A stretch of 64,000 bases of DNA from IMG/VR virus record IMGVR_UViG_3300006028_000011, positions 18,239 through 82,238 of that record. One strand, given 5' to 3'. This DNA comes from a virus. The notes under the pieces were generated by a model, which saw only the letters and a list, made by a program, of their open reading frames with translations, was not told the origin of the DNA and ran no database searches. This document shows, piece after piece, positions 18,364 through 27,848 of this stretch. Position 1 is the stretch's first letter. Every line of letters starts with the position of its first letter. The translations under genes were made by a program, and so were the position numbers.

Positions 18364-18642
18364 GTGCCGCTGAGCCTGACGTTCACCGGCCACGCCCTGC
18401 GCGCGATGATGGACGAGGACATCGACTTCGACGAGGTCCGCGGCGCCATCGAGCGAGAGGACGTGATCGAGCGGTACGAGAGCGATAGGCCGTACCCGAG
18501 CAGGCTGCTGCTCGGCCGCAGCGGCCCGCGGCCACTCCACGTCGTGGTGGCGACCGACGAGGCTGGCGGCCACATCGTGATCACGGCGTACGTCCCCGAT
18601 CCGACCCGCTGGAGCGGCGATTTCCGCAGGAGGACGACATGA
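18364..18642 (+). CDS. DUF4258-family putative toxin
   Basis: FTGHALRAM...IERYESDRPYPSRLLLG...PLHVV...VITAYVPD..W. Confidence 0.8.
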   Translation: MPLSLTFTGHALRAMMDEDIDFDEVRGAIEREDVIERYESDRPYPSRLLLGRSGPRPLHVVVATDEAGGHIVITAYVPDPTRWSGDFRRRTT

Positions 18643-18872
18643 GCGAGCGGCTGTGCGTGATCTGCCGGACCGGCCGGCTCGCCGCCGGGCACGCGACCTT
18701 CGTCCACGAGCGCGCCGACCACGTCAGCGTGGTGCGTGGCGTCCCGGCCGAGGTCTGCGACAATTGCGGCGAGCCGTACTTCGACGAGGCGGTGGCCCGT
18801 CGCCTGCTCGCCCTCGCCCGCCAGAGCGAACAGCTCGGGCTCGACGTGGGCGTGCGCCAGTACGTCGCGTGA
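18639..18872 (+). CDS. YgiT-type zinc finger protein (MqsA-like antitoxin)
   Basis: CVIC...VRGVPAEVCDNCGEPYFD. Confidence 0.8.
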   Translation: MSERLCVICRTGRLAAGHATFVHERADHVSVVRGVPAEVCDNCGEPYFDEAVARRLLALARQSEQLGLDVGVRQYVA

Positions 18873-19765
18873 CGGCCGCGCGCACTCCCGACGGACGTCC
18901 GCTGACCGTCGCCGCGATCATCCCCCACCCCGACGGGCGCCCGGAGGTGCTCATGTCCGGTCGCGTGGGAGCGGCCGGCAGCGCCTGGTTCTGGATCGGC
19001 GGCCACGTCGACGAGGGCGAGGAGCCGGCCGAGGCTGCGCTGCGCGAGATCGGCGAGGAGCTGGAGGCGGACGACCCCCACGTCGTGCGCCTGCTCGGCG
19101 TCCTCGACCTCCACGCCGACGTGTCCGGCATCTGGGGCGAGGGCTTCGAGCGCGGCTTCCAGGTCTGCTACGTCCAGGTATCGCTCGGGTCGGCCAGGGT
19201 CCGCGTGAGGGACCACGACGAGCTGACCCTGGTCGGCTGGAAGCCGATCGCGGACGTCGCCGAGGCGGTGGCCTCCCTGCCGGCCGAGGTCGGGGCGGCC
19301 GCCGTGCGCTTCGCTCGCGAGGCGCTGGACCTGCGGCCGGTCGCCTGCACCTTCACCGTCCGCGGCGGCCAGCTGCTCATGGTCCGCCGTCGCGAGCCGG
19401 AGGGGACGCTCGACTGGCACACCCCGGCCGGCAAGGTCGAGCCCGGCGAGACGCCCGAGCAGGCCGCGGCCAGGGAGGCCGAGGAGGAGGCCGGCGTGGT
19501 CGTGGAGGTCACGGGCTACCTCGGCAGCCGGGTTCATCCCGCGACCGGCCAGCCGCTTCTGTACTTCGCCTGCCGCTGGATCAGCGGCGAGGCCCAGCTC
19601 CGCGAGCCCCAGAAGGCGCGCGCTGTCGAGTGGACTCCGATCCCCGAGGCGCTCGCGCGCTGGGACGGGCTCAAGGGCGGCGTGTTCCCGGCGGTGCGGG
19701 AGTATCTCGAAGGCGCGTGGACCGCGCACGTCGCCAAGACAGGCGCCCGGCCGGCGGGCGAGTAG
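18869..19765 (+). CDS. Tandem double-Nudix hydrolase
   Basis: Two Nudix boxes: GGHVDEGEEPAEAALREIGEEL and GKVEPGETPEQAAAREAEEEAG. Confidence 0.85.
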   Translation: MTAARTPDGRPLTVAAIIPHPDGRPEVLMSGRVGAAGSAWFWIGGHVDEGEEPAEAALREIGEELEADDPHVVRLLGVLDLHADVSGIWGEGFERGFQVCYVQVSLGSARVRVRDHDELTLVGWKPIADVAEAVASLPAEVGAAAVRFAREALDLRPVACTFTVRGGQLLMVRRREPEGTLDWHTPAGKVEPGETPEQAAAREAEEEAGVVVEVTGYLGSRVHPATGQPLLYFACRWISGEAQLREPQKARAVEWTPIPEALARWDGLKGGVFPAVREYLEGAWTAHVAKTGARPAGE

Positions 19766-19786
19766 CGGGGGCGTAAGCTGGCGACC

Positions 19787-19978
19787 ATGGCGACCGATCC
19801 GGCCTGGGACGCGATCGACCAGGAGATCCTCGACATGTACGCAGCGAACCCTGGCCTCAAGGATGAGCTGGACGAGCTGGAGCGGCAGATCGAGGCCGGC
19901 GACGCTGACGGCATCCCCGACGCCGAGGTCCGCCGCCAACTGCTGGAGCTGGGCGTCCCCCTCGACGAGGACGCGTAG
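19787..19978 (+). CDS. Small acidic putative antitoxin
   Basis: 63 aa, acidic, GIPDAEVRRQL C-terminus; TAAGCT 7 nt upstream. Confidence 0.5.
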   Translation: MATDPAWDAIDQEILDMYAANPGLKDELDELERQIEAGDADGIPDAEVRRQLLELGVPLDEDA

Positions 19979-19999
19979 CTGGCACCCGACCGGCTGCGG

Positions 20000-20254
20000 G
20001 TGTACTGGACTCCCCGGGCGCTGGTGCAGCTCCGCGCCCTGGCGAAGCGGGCTCCCGTCCAGGCCGCCGCCGTGCATCGAGCCGTGAACTGGCTGGCCGA
20101 ACGCGGGCTCCCGGAGCTGGGTCGCCGCGACCCCGGCGGAAAGAGCCGGCGCGTCTGGCTGGTGCCGCCCCAGGAGGTGCTGTACCTGGCCCGCGACGGG
20201 GGGCTGTGGGTACTGGCCATCCGCGACAGCCGGCGGCGGCTGGAGCCCTGGTAG
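20000..20254 (+). CDS. RelE/ParE-like toxin (start may be an upstream CTG)
   Basis: RVYWTPRA...PELGRR...WVLAIRDSRR. Confidence 0.6.
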   Translation: MYWTPRALVQLRALAKRAPVQAAAVHRAVNWLAERGLPELGRRDPGGKSRRVWLVPPQEVLYLARDGGLWVLAIRDSRRRLEPW

Positions 20255-20258
20255 CGCG

Positions 20259-20576
20259 ATGCCCCTGACTCCGGACGACCCCGTCGACCCGGCCGATCCG
20301 CGCGAGATCGAGTACTGGCTGTCCGATCCGACGCTGCGGGCGAACCTGGAGTCGCTCCTGAGCAGCGAGGAACGCAACCTCCCGATACCCGAGAAGGCCC
20401 GGCTGATCGCGGACCGGATCGACGACGAGGCCGCGGCGCTGTTGGAGGACTCGGAGCTGCGAGCCGACCTGGAGGACTTCGTGCGCCGCGCCGAGCGGGG
20501 CGAGCTGGAGCCCGGGGTGTCCCACAACGAAGCCCGTCGGATCGTGGGCCTGCCGCCGCTGCCCGAGTACGACTGA
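20259..20576 (+). CDS. Acidic putative antitoxin-like protein
   Basis: C-terminal GVSHNEARRIVGL. Confidence 0.45.
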   Translation: MPLTPDDPVDPADPREIEYWLSDPTLRANLESLLSSEERNLPIPEKARLIADRIDDEAAALLEDSELRADLEDFVRRAERGELEPGVSHNEARRIVGLPPLPEYD

Positions 20577-20776
20577 AGCGCCCGCTGCCGTAGCTCAGCC
20601 ACGGGCCCGCTCCTCGCGCAGCCGTCGGGCGATGCGCTCGCGCACCAGCACGACGACCTGGCGAAAGACCTCGTACGTCGAGCCCAGGGTGGCGACCCGG
20701 GCGCTGAGGCCGGCGTTCTCCGCCTCCAGCTCGGCGATCCGCCGGCTGGCCGCGGTCAGCTCGTCGGGGTCGGCCG

Positions 20777-21148
20777 TCACGCCGCCCTCCTGCCGACTCG
20801 CCGGGCCGCCAGGACCTCGTCGCCGCGGCTGCGGGCGAACGCCTCCGCGTCAGGCTGGGCGCGGGCGCAGTAGATGGCCCGGCCCGGGTCGCAACGCCGG
20901 CACTCCGTCATGTGGCGGCGGAGCTTCGCCAGCAGCCGCTCGGAGTCCCGGTCGGCCACCTCCTGGATGCGCCGGACGCGGGTAGCGAACACCTCCTCCC
21001 TGCGCGCCGCGGCGAACGCCTCGGCGTCCGGGCGCGCCACCGGGCAGTAGATCCCGCGGGCGGGGTTGCAGCGCCGGCACGAGCCGCCGCGGCCGCCGCT
21101 GATGTGGGCGCGCAGGCGGGCGAGGAGGACGGCGGAGGAGTCAGCCAC
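20777..21148 (-). CDS. Small protein with a duplicated CRRC...YC module
   Basis: Two copies of H...CRRCxPxRxIYC...PDAEAFA. Confidence 0.55.
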   Translation of the reverse strand: MADSSAVLLARLRAHISGGRGGSCRRCNPARGIYCPVARPDAEAFAAARREEVFATRVRRIQEVADRDSERLLAKLRRHMTECRRCDPGRAIYCARAQPDAEAFARSRGDEVLAARRVGRRAA

Positions 21149-21671
21149 CGGCCACCTCCGCGACGTACTTCGCCCGCCTGGCGGCCCAGCCGAAGCACAG
21201 GTCGGCCGGCTCGCCGGTCGCCTTGAACGGCCGGCCGCCGGCCTGGGGCGGGGCGTATTCCAGCGGGCTCGCCTCCACGACCATCCGGGATGGGTGCCGG
21301 TAGCGCACCGGCCGCCGCATCCCCTGGTGACAGAAGAACGGCTGACCGCGGATCACGAGGTCGTCGAGCAGCTCCTGGTCGCCGTCCGCGTCCGGATCTC
21401 CGCGACGCTCAGGCGAGCCGGGGCGGAAGGCGCAGTCGGCGCACATGGAAGACCGGCAGCCGAACAGCGGCCCCTCGCTCCTGGGCTCGGCCTGCTCGAC
21501 GTCGTACTCCGGCTCCCAGCAGGTGCAGCCGGACGGACCGCGGGCGGCGCTGCCCATGCAGCACATCCCGGTCATCGGCGTCTCCGGCCAGTCGCGATGG
21601 ACGTCGAAGTGGACGAAGCTCTCGACGGCCGGCCGCCGCCCGGCGTTCCGCTGGGCGCGATCAGAGGTCAT
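21141..21671 (-). CDS. Cys-rich hypothetical protein
   Basis: CADCAFRP...FFCH...CFGW. Confidence 0.5.
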   Translation of the reverse strand: MTSDRAQRNAGRRPAVESFVHFDVHRDWPETPMTGMCCMGSAARGPSGCTCWEPEYDVEQAEPRSEGPLFGCRSSMCADCAFRPGSPERRGDPDADGDQELLDDLVIRGQPFFCHQGMRRPVRYRHPSRMVVEASPLEYAPPQAGGRPFKATGEPADLCFGWAARRAKYVAEVAGG

Positions 21672-22179
21672 GCCGCCCCGCCCGCCACTGGCTCGCCGGC
21701 ATGAACTGGAGCCCGGCCGCCTCCGCGCACCCCTCGTCCTCGGGCCGGTCGCCGACCATCAGGCCCAGGGCGGGCGGGTAGGTCTCGCCCGGGTGCCGCT
21801 GGGCCATCGCCAGGGCGGCCTCGATCACGAGCCCCGGGCGCGGCTTCCGGCACCAGCAGGCGCGGTCCGCCGGGTCGATGGCATCTGGGTGGTGGGGGCA
21901 GGCCGCGATCGAATCGAACAGGCCGCCGCACTGGCGCTGCGTCTCGGCCATGGCCGCCTGGACGCGCTCCCAGGTCACGCGGCCCTTGGCGACCCCCCCC
22001 TGGTTGCTGACGCCGACGATGCGCCAGCCGGCCGCCCGGTAGCGGTAGAGCAGGTTCGGGACCTCGGGGTAGACGTGGACGTCCTCCGGGCCGCCGACGT
22101 AGTGGCCCAGCTCGTCGACGCTCCAGCGAACGGTGCCGTCGATGTCCAGGTAGAGGACGGGGACGCGGGGCCCGATCAC
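21661..22179 (-). CDS. HAD-IIIA phosphatase (GmhB/polynucleotide phosphatase-like)
   Basis: LDIDGTV, SNQGG, CPHHP, CRKPRPG, MVGDRPED. Confidence 0.85.
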   Translation of the reverse strand: MIGPRVPVLYLDIDGTVRWSVDELGHYVGGPEDVHVYPEVPNLLYRYRAAGWRIVGVSNQGGVAKGRVTWERVQAAMAETQRQCGGLFDSIAACPHHPDAIDPADRACWCRKPRPGLVIEAALAMAQRHPGETYPPALGLMVGDRPEDEGCAEAAGLQFMPASQWRAGRHDL

Positions 22180-22607
22180 CCGACCGCCTGCACCCGCTCG
22201 TCGCCCGCCAGTTGGGGGACCATGAGTCGGACTCCGTGGATGCGCGCGCACTCGTCAGCCAGGCCCTGGGCCAGCGCGAGGTTCTTGCGGGCCGGCGAGA
22301 CGTAGTGGTCGATCGCAGTCCGGAACATCTCCACGTCCCAGAAGTCGATCTGCACCGCCCTGCCCTTGAAGCTCCCGATCAACGGGACGCCCTCGTCGTC
22401 GCGCATCTTGCGCACCTCCTTGCGCACCCACTCGACCAGCTGGGCGCGACCGAGAAGCGCGGTCAGGTCGGGGAACTCGCTCTCCGCAATCCCGGCCAGC
22501 ACGGCGTAGTCCACGCCGTCAGGCCCAGCCACGGCGACGGCGCCCTTCAGGCGCTCGAGCAGCGGATCGAGTGCGTCGGCGGCGACGTGGCGCTTCGTGC
22601 TTCTCAC
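22176..22607 (-). CDS. Hypothetical protein
   Basis: 143-aa ORF with GTGA overlaps. Confidence 0.5.
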   Translation of the reverse strand: MRSTKRHVAADALDPLLERLKGAVAVAGPDGVDYAVLAGIAESEFPDLTALLGRAQLVEWVRKEVRKMRDDEGVPLIGSFKGRAVQIDFWDVEMFRTAIDHYVSPARKNLALAQGLADECARIHGVRLMVPQLAGDERVQAVG

Positions 22608-22864
22608 TGGGCCTTCCTCCGGAGCTGGATGACGTTCTCTGTCGTCCTGCCTGGTGCCGGTGACCGAGAAACCTGGGTCGGTTTCTCGGTCGGACCTGAC
22701 CGAGAAACCTGGGTCGTTTTCTCGGTCAGGTACCACTGCACCGTTGACAGCGAGAGGCCCAATGTCCGGGCGATCCCCCGCTGCCTCATGCCGGCCGCGT
22801 GCAGGTCGCGGATGGCCTTGCGCCGTCGCTGGCGGGTTTCGGCATCGTCACGAGGCATGGGCAC
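22604..22864 (-). CDS. Small HTH DNA-binding protein
   Basis: IRDLHAAGMRQRGIARTLGLSLSTVQWYL. Confidence 0.7.
   Translation of the reverse strand: MPMPRDDAETRQRRRKAIRDLHAAGMRQRGIARTLGLSLSTVQWYLTEKTTQVSRSGPTEKPTQVSRSPAPGRTTENVIQLRRKAQ
22661..22730. repeat. Two tandem palindromic sites with a 36-bp period
   Basis: GACCGAGAAA-N10-TTTCTCGGTC at 22662-22691 and 22698-22727. Confidence 0.85.
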
Positions 22865-22975
22865 GCTCCGGCGGGTAGTCGCCGGCCTCGGTCCTGCGTC
22901 GCTCGATGGCCGCCGCCATGACGATGGCGAGCCGGTCCGGCACGACGACAGGCCACGCGAGGGCCAGGTTGGCGC

Positions 22976-23260
22976 TCACGCTGGAGCGACCTCCTCGGCC
23001 GTGTCCGCGACCAGCCGGTAGCCGGTAGTGGTCGGGCGGAAGCGGTCGATGCGGATGCGGGTCAGCCGGCCGCCCTTCTTCGCGCCGACCCGGCGGCAGA
23101 GTGCGACCGGGACGACCTCCTCGACGTAGCCCATCTCGCCGGAGCTCCAGTACCTGTGGCGGTGCGTGCCGAGCCGGACGACCTCGATGCGGCGCCCCTC
23201 CGAGCGCGGGTCGTTGTCGGCCCACACCTGACCGGGCCGCACGACGGGCAGGTCAGCCAC
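22976..23260 (-). CDS. Hypothetical protein
   Basis: VRPGQVWADNDPR motif. Confidence 0.5.
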   Translation of the reverse strand: MADLPVVRPGQVWADNDPRSEGRRIEVVRLGTHRHRYWSSGEMGYVEEVVPVALCRRVGAKKGGRLTRIRIDRFRPTTTGYRLVADTAEEVAPA

Positions 23261-23395
23261 GGCTCGCCTGCTCCAGGGCCGCGACGCAGCGCGCCTCCAC
23301 CAGGTCGCGCTCCTCCTCCGTGCGGCTGGCCCACCAGTGGGCCAGCGTGGACTCGGTGTCGACGAGGACGGCGATCAGGGCGCGGGCTGCGGGAG

Positions 23396-23710
23396 TCACC
23401 CGACGGCCGTCAGCAGGCGGAGCTGGCCGGCGCGCTCCCGCTCCTCGTAGTCCGGCTCCCAGGCCGCGATGATCTCGGCGACGGTGCGCTCGTCGTCACC
23501 CTCGCTGAACGGCACGCTGTTGGCCCAGCCCGGGTCCGCCGGCATCTGTCGGTTGAGGGAGGCGTAGGCGCCCATGGTGCACGCCTCGGACTCGTTCTTG
23601 GCGATCCGCTCGGCCTCGCGGGCGCTGCCGGCCATGACGTAGACGACGTCACTGATCTCCACGCGGTACAGCCGCGACGGTGTCAGGGTCGGTTCGATCT
23701 CGGGTGTCAC
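23396..23710 (-). CDS. Hypothetical protein
   Basis: 104-aa coupled ORF. Confidence 0.5.
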   Translation of the reverse strand: MTPEIEPTLTPSRLYRVEISDVVYVMAGSAREAERIAKNESEACTMGAYASLNRQMPADPGWANSVPFSEGDDERTVAEIIAAWEPDYEERERAGQLRLLTAVG

Positions 23711-24228
23711 GTCTCCTCCACAGCAGCCAGGAAGGCCTTGCTCTCCACCTCGATGGGCCGCCGAGGGTCCACCAGGTGCACCGCCAGCACCACCCGCTCA
23801 TCGGCGGCGGTCGCGACGATGCGCTGCATGTCGGCGGGCGCGGTGATCAGCCCCAGCCAGTCAGGCGAGTCGTCCCAGGCCAGGGCTCCCGGCCGCGTCC
23901 AGCCGGGGACGCCGTTGCGGCCCGGGAACGTCGTGCGCCCGCAGGCACCGTCGATGAGCGGCTTGAGCGCGGCCACGCAGCCGTCGCCGTCGTAGAGCGG
24001 CCGCCGCTTGTAGACCGCGACCTCGAGGTAGCGGCGCGCCGGCGGCTCGCAGGGCACGGGTGCCGGCCAGCCGGCGGCGTGCCGGGCGGACATCGCCATC
24101 CGCCAGGCCAGGTCCCGCCACACCGCCTTCTCCGCGTCGCGCCGCGCCGAGTGGCCGCGCGACTGGCTCCAGTTCGGCGGCACGGCCGGAACCACGACGC
24201 GGGCCGACGTGGCCAGAGCCACGCTCAC
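23707..24228 (-). CDS. RusA-like Holliday junction resolvase
   Basis: VPPN..., YDGDGxxxxxKPLIDG, WDDSP. Confidence 0.55.
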   Translation of the reverse strand: MSVALATSARVVVPAVPPNWSQSRGHSARRDAEKAVWRDLAWRMAMSARHAAGWPAPVPCEPPARRYLEVAVYKRRPLYDGDGCVAALKPLIDGACGRTTFPGRNGVPGWTRPGALAWDDSPDWLGLITAPADMQRIVATAADERVVLAVHLVDPRRPIEVESKAFLAAVEET

Positions 24229-24672
24229 AGCGCCCCTCGCGTCGCGACCAGCGCCAGGACGCCAGCGGCGCCGGCGAGGAGCAGGGTGATGCCGGTGACG
24301 ATCACGACGGCGATCAGCCGGCAGTCGCGGTCCGTCAGCCGGTCGGTGTCCGGCGTCCGCCGGGCCCGGTCGACCCATGCCCGCATCGCGGCGCAGCGAG
24401 TGTCGTCCGTGGTCGCCGGCCAGCCGCGCAGGGTCACCGGCGCCCTCCGCCGATGCCGCCGCCCCGGGCGAGCCAGAGCAGGGGCGCCCCGAACAGCACG
24501 CACAGGATCAGGCCGCCGAGCAGGTACTGCATCAGCCAGCCCTCCGGCGCCGCAGCGCCTCCAGGGCGGCCGACGTCTCCGGGCTCAGCTCGCCGACGAC
24601 CAGGCGCACGACGGCGTACGGCCGGCGGTGGCGGTCCCGGGCGATGCCGAGGCGGTAGCCCGGGTCAGAGGG

Positions 24673-24751
24673 GACCGCGCCGCTCGGGGCGGGCGAGGAG
24701 GGGTTGCCCCCTCCTCGCACCTCCACCGAGCATGGCTGCGGGGGCGAGGTC
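24673..24751 (-). ncRNA. Putative structured RNA element, copy 1 (GCAA tetraloop)
   Basis: Near-identical to 40854-40933; stem GCGAGGAGGGG-GCAA-CCCCTCCTCGC on the minus strand. Confidence 0.55.
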
Positions 24752-24943
24752 TGGGTTGGAGCGGTCATCGCACCGGCGCCCCGAGGCGCTCCAGCGCGAG
24801 GGCCTCCATCTCGTCCACGACGGCGACCGGGTCGACGCAGGTGGTGGTCACACGCTCGACGCGACCGCCGACCACCTCGATCCACCAGCCGGTCCAGCCG
24901 GTCGGACTGTCCGCGTCGCGCTCGACGACGAGGCGGCGCTCGA

Positions 24944-25312
24944 TCACGCCGGCACCTCGACGAGCCCTAGCTGGAGCGCGCGCAGCAGGGCGCCGGCCGC
25001 GCCCGAGCCGTGCAGCTTCCTCGCCGCCTCGCCGACGTGGTTCCGCAACGTCTTCGCGTCGCAGCCGATGTGAGCGCGCACCGCCACCTCGCCGCCGCCC
25101 AGCGCGTAGAGGCGCATCACCTCCAGCTCCCTGGGTGTCAGCTGCTCGGCCTCCAGCTCCGGGGGCGCCAGGCGCAGCGGAGCGACGCGGCACGACAGGT
25201 CGCTGACCACCATCGCGGTCCGCGCGCCGCCGGCGACCGGCCAGAGCGCGGCGGCCACTTCGCCCGGCGGCAGGGGCGCGCCCTCGACGGCGACGAGGAG
25301 GACCTGCGTCAC
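24944..25312 (-). CDS. LuxR-type HTH protein
   Basis: QLTPRELEVMRLYALG...KTLRNHV...KL. Confidence 0.75.
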   Translation of the reverse strand: MTQVLLVAVEGAPLPPGEVAAALWPVAGGARTAMVVSDLSCRVAPLRLAPPELEAEQLTPRELEVMRLYALGGGEVAVRAHIGCDAKTLRNHVGEAARKLHGSGAAGALLRALQLGLVEVPA

Positions 25313-25490
25313 GGGCGAGCCGGCACCGTGCAGATGACCGCCGGGTCGGGCTGCCGATGCGCTGCGGTGGAGGCCAAGTACAGCATGCCGACCGCGGTGG
25401 CCGTGGCGACGAGGGCGACCAGTGCGACGGCGAGGGCCGCGACGATGGGCCAGGTGCGGGCCCGCGGCCGGCGGGGCGGCATGGCGACGA

Positions 25491-25766
25491 TCACGCCGCC
25501 CCCTCCGCGGCCTCGCCCATCAGGCGAATCGCGATCTCGGACGGGGGGTGCGCCTCGAGCGTCCGGCAGATCCTGGAGAAGATCTCCACGGAGGCCGTGC
25601 CCGAGCCGTAGACCTTCCAGAGGGTGTTCGGGTTGATCCCCGCCTTCTCGGCGAAGTCCTCCTTGGACCAGCCCCGTAGAATCCGCTCCCGCTCGAGACG
25701 ATCACGGCTCACTGGCACGCGAGGCGACCGACCTTCGGTAGCTTCACGGCGAGTCGGTAGCTTCAC
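25491..25766 (-). CDS. Cro-like XRE HTH regulator (start uncertain)
   Basis: LERERILRGWSKEDFAEKAGINPNTLWKV. Confidence 0.75.
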   Translation of the reverse strand: MKLPTRREATEGRSPRVPVSRDRLERERILRGWSKEDFAEKAGINPNTLWKVYGSGTASVEIFSRICRTLEAHPPSEIAIRLMGEAAEGAA

Positions 25767-25815
25767 GGCGAGATAGTAGCATGACTACCGCGTAGCGTGC
25801 GTGCTGCTACCGAGA
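25735..25815. promoter_or_regulatory. Operator-like repeats at a divergent switch
   Basis: TCGGTAGCTTCACGGCGAG twice (25735-25753, 25754-25772), followed by further GTAGC/(G)CTAC half-sites. Confidence 0.55.
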
Positions 25816-25858
25816 TGCCGTTAGAAAGTCACGCGCTTGCCGTTACGCTGGCGCCACC

Positions 25859-26326
25859 GTGGATCGACCAGACACCGGCGCTGCACACGAGCGCACCAGG
25901 CGGCTGTTCGCGACAGCGATCGAGCGGCGCGGCGGCCCGAAGGCCCTCGCGCACGAGCTGGCCATGCTGGGGGTGGACGCCGCCGAGCGCACCGTGGCCA
26001 GCTGGAGGGAGGGCAGGTACTTTCCGCGAGCGGACATCGCGATCTTGGTGTGGTCGCTCGCCGGCGTGCTCCCGGCGGACGAGCACATCAACGGGGCCGC
26101 GGCTTCGTCGCTGCTGGCCGACCAAGTCGCCGACCTCGCCCAGCGCATCGAGCGCCTGGAGGGCCGGCAGCGGGCCTGGGAGTGGGAGCGCCGGTCGGCC
26201 GCCGGCGAGGAGCTGCCGCCGCCGCCCGTTCCGGAGGGCGCCGTCGACCTGTCGGTGGCGCGGCTGGAGCGCACGGTCCGCGACCTCCAGGACCAGATCG
26301 ACCGGCTACGCAGACAGCAGGCCTGA
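25859..26326 (+). CDS. Putative repressor (HTH plus coiled coil), divergent from the cro-like gene
   Basis: KALAHELAMLGVDAAERTVASWREGRYFP. Confidence 0.6.
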   Translation: MDRPDTGAAHERTRRLFATAIERRGGPKALAHELAMLGVDAAERTVASWREGRYFPRADIAILVWSLAGVLPADEHINGAAASSLLADQVADLAQRIERLEGRQRAWEWERRSAAGEELPPPPVPEGAVDLSVARLERTVRDLQDQIDRLRRQQA

Positions 26327-26925
26327 CAGCAGGTCCAGGCCGGCGGCCGTGCCGGCCAGCTGGAGCGCGATCACGCCGAAGTGCATGGGCGGGGTCGGGC
26401 CGGTTGGGTCCTCCCAGGCCTCGATCACACCGATCGTGATGTCGGTGCGCCCGGTGCGGTCGGCGAGCTCGTCAGCCCACTCGTCGGGCGATTGTCCGGC
26501 GAGGGCGCGGAGCCCGCGCATCAACTCTGCAACCAGGGCGCGCGCCTCGCTCTCGGACGCGCAACTCCGCGACGACGGACGTTGACCCAGACCGACGGTA
26601 CCCACAGCAGGCAGCACCTCACACCACGCGATGGACTTGGGGTGCCGGGGCGGGACGCCGGCCGGTCTCCAGCGTAACCGCCATCGAGGGCGCATAACCG
26701 AACGCGGGACAATTTGCTCAGGAGTTTGGGCCGGCCAAACAGAGAGGGCCGGGTTGTCCCCGGCCCTCTTCCCGCTGCGGCCCGACCCGTGGGAGTGGTT
26801 CGTCTCCGTGGGGTGGACCGCCTATTCACTTCCGGCAGGTCAGGCCAGCGACCCCTCCTCGCCCGACTCCGGGTCCAGGTAGGGCTCCAGCTCGGCCAGG
26901 GCGGCGGGGAGCCAGTCCGGTGCCG

Positions 26926-27564
26926 TCACGCCATCGCTCCCGTCAGCTCCGCCGGCGTCTCGCCGGCGAGCAGCGAGGCGGAGGGCCCGAGCATCTCCCG
27001 GGCGCGCTCCACCAGGCGTGCGTCGGCGTAGTCGGCCGGCACGCTCCAGATCTGGGTCGGGGGCGGCTCGTGCTCCGCCGTCACCCGCAGCACCGGCCGG
27101 AAGCCGGCCCGCGCGTTGGCGCGCTGGCTGGCGATCTTGTCGTCTCCGATGCCGCCCCAGAGCGTGTCCCAGCCCTCCCGGGCCAGGTGCCACGCGATGT
27201 GCTCCAGGATGGCCGTGAAGAGCCCGCGGCCGCGGTGGGCCTCCAGCGTCTCGGCGCCCCACGCGAAGCAGTCGCCGGCGCCGAGCTGGAGCGTGCGGCG
27301 GAGCGGCGTCGCATAGGTCTCGCGCGTGGAGACCCAGCACCAGGCCACCACCTCCTCGTCCCGCCAGCTCCAGGCCACCCACGCGCCGCCGCCGGCGACG
27401 CGCTCCAGGATGGCCGCCTCGCTGGTGCCCATCGCCCTGGCCAGGTGGCCGGCCATCGCCTCTGCACGGCCGACCTCGGTGATCGCGTATCGGCCGTCCA
27501 GCTCGGGCCGGGTGGCGTGGCGCAGGTCTCGGGCCCAGAGCGCGCCGGTGAAGACGTCGCTCAC
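26926..27564 (-). CDS. GNAT acetyltransferase
   Basis: TLEAHRGRGLFT, ASQRANARAGF. Confidence 0.8.
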   Translation of the reverse strand: MSDVFTGALWARDLRHATRPELDGRYAITEVGRAEAMAGHLARAMGTSEAAILERVAGGGAWVAWSWRDEEVVAWCWVSTRETYATPLRRTLQLGAGDCFAWGAETLEAHRGRGLFTAILEHIAWHLAREGWDTLWGGIGDDKIASQRANARAGFRPVLRVTAEHEPPPTQIWSVPADYADARLVERAREMLGPSASLLAGETPAELTGAMA

Positions 27565-27848
27565 GCCGCCGCCCTCGCGGTCTGGGTCGCGGGCGCCGCC
27601 GCCTTCCGGCTGGCGCGGCGCCAGTTCCGCCAGGCCTGCCAGATGAGCAGCACGACCACGAGCAGGCCGTACTGGGTGGTCGCGATGGCGATCACCAGCA
27701 GACCGACCTGCGCTGCCATGACGCAGAGCCAGCCGACGCGCCGCCCGCGGCCGAGCAGCCAGTACCCGCCGAGCACCGGCAGGGCGGTGACCAGGGACAG
27801 CCAGCTGGGCAGGACGACGTGGTGCCACACCCAGGCCGCCGTGGTCAC
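27561..27848 (-). CDS. Small PnuC-like 3-TM membrane protein
   Basis: GYWLLG...VGW...Q...QYG...RNW pattern. Confidence 0.55.
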   Translation of the reverse strand: MTTAAWVWHHVVLPSWLSLVTALPVLGGYWLLGRGRRVGWLCVMAAQVGLLVIAIATTQYGLLVVVLLIWQAWRNWRRASRKAAAPATQTARAAA

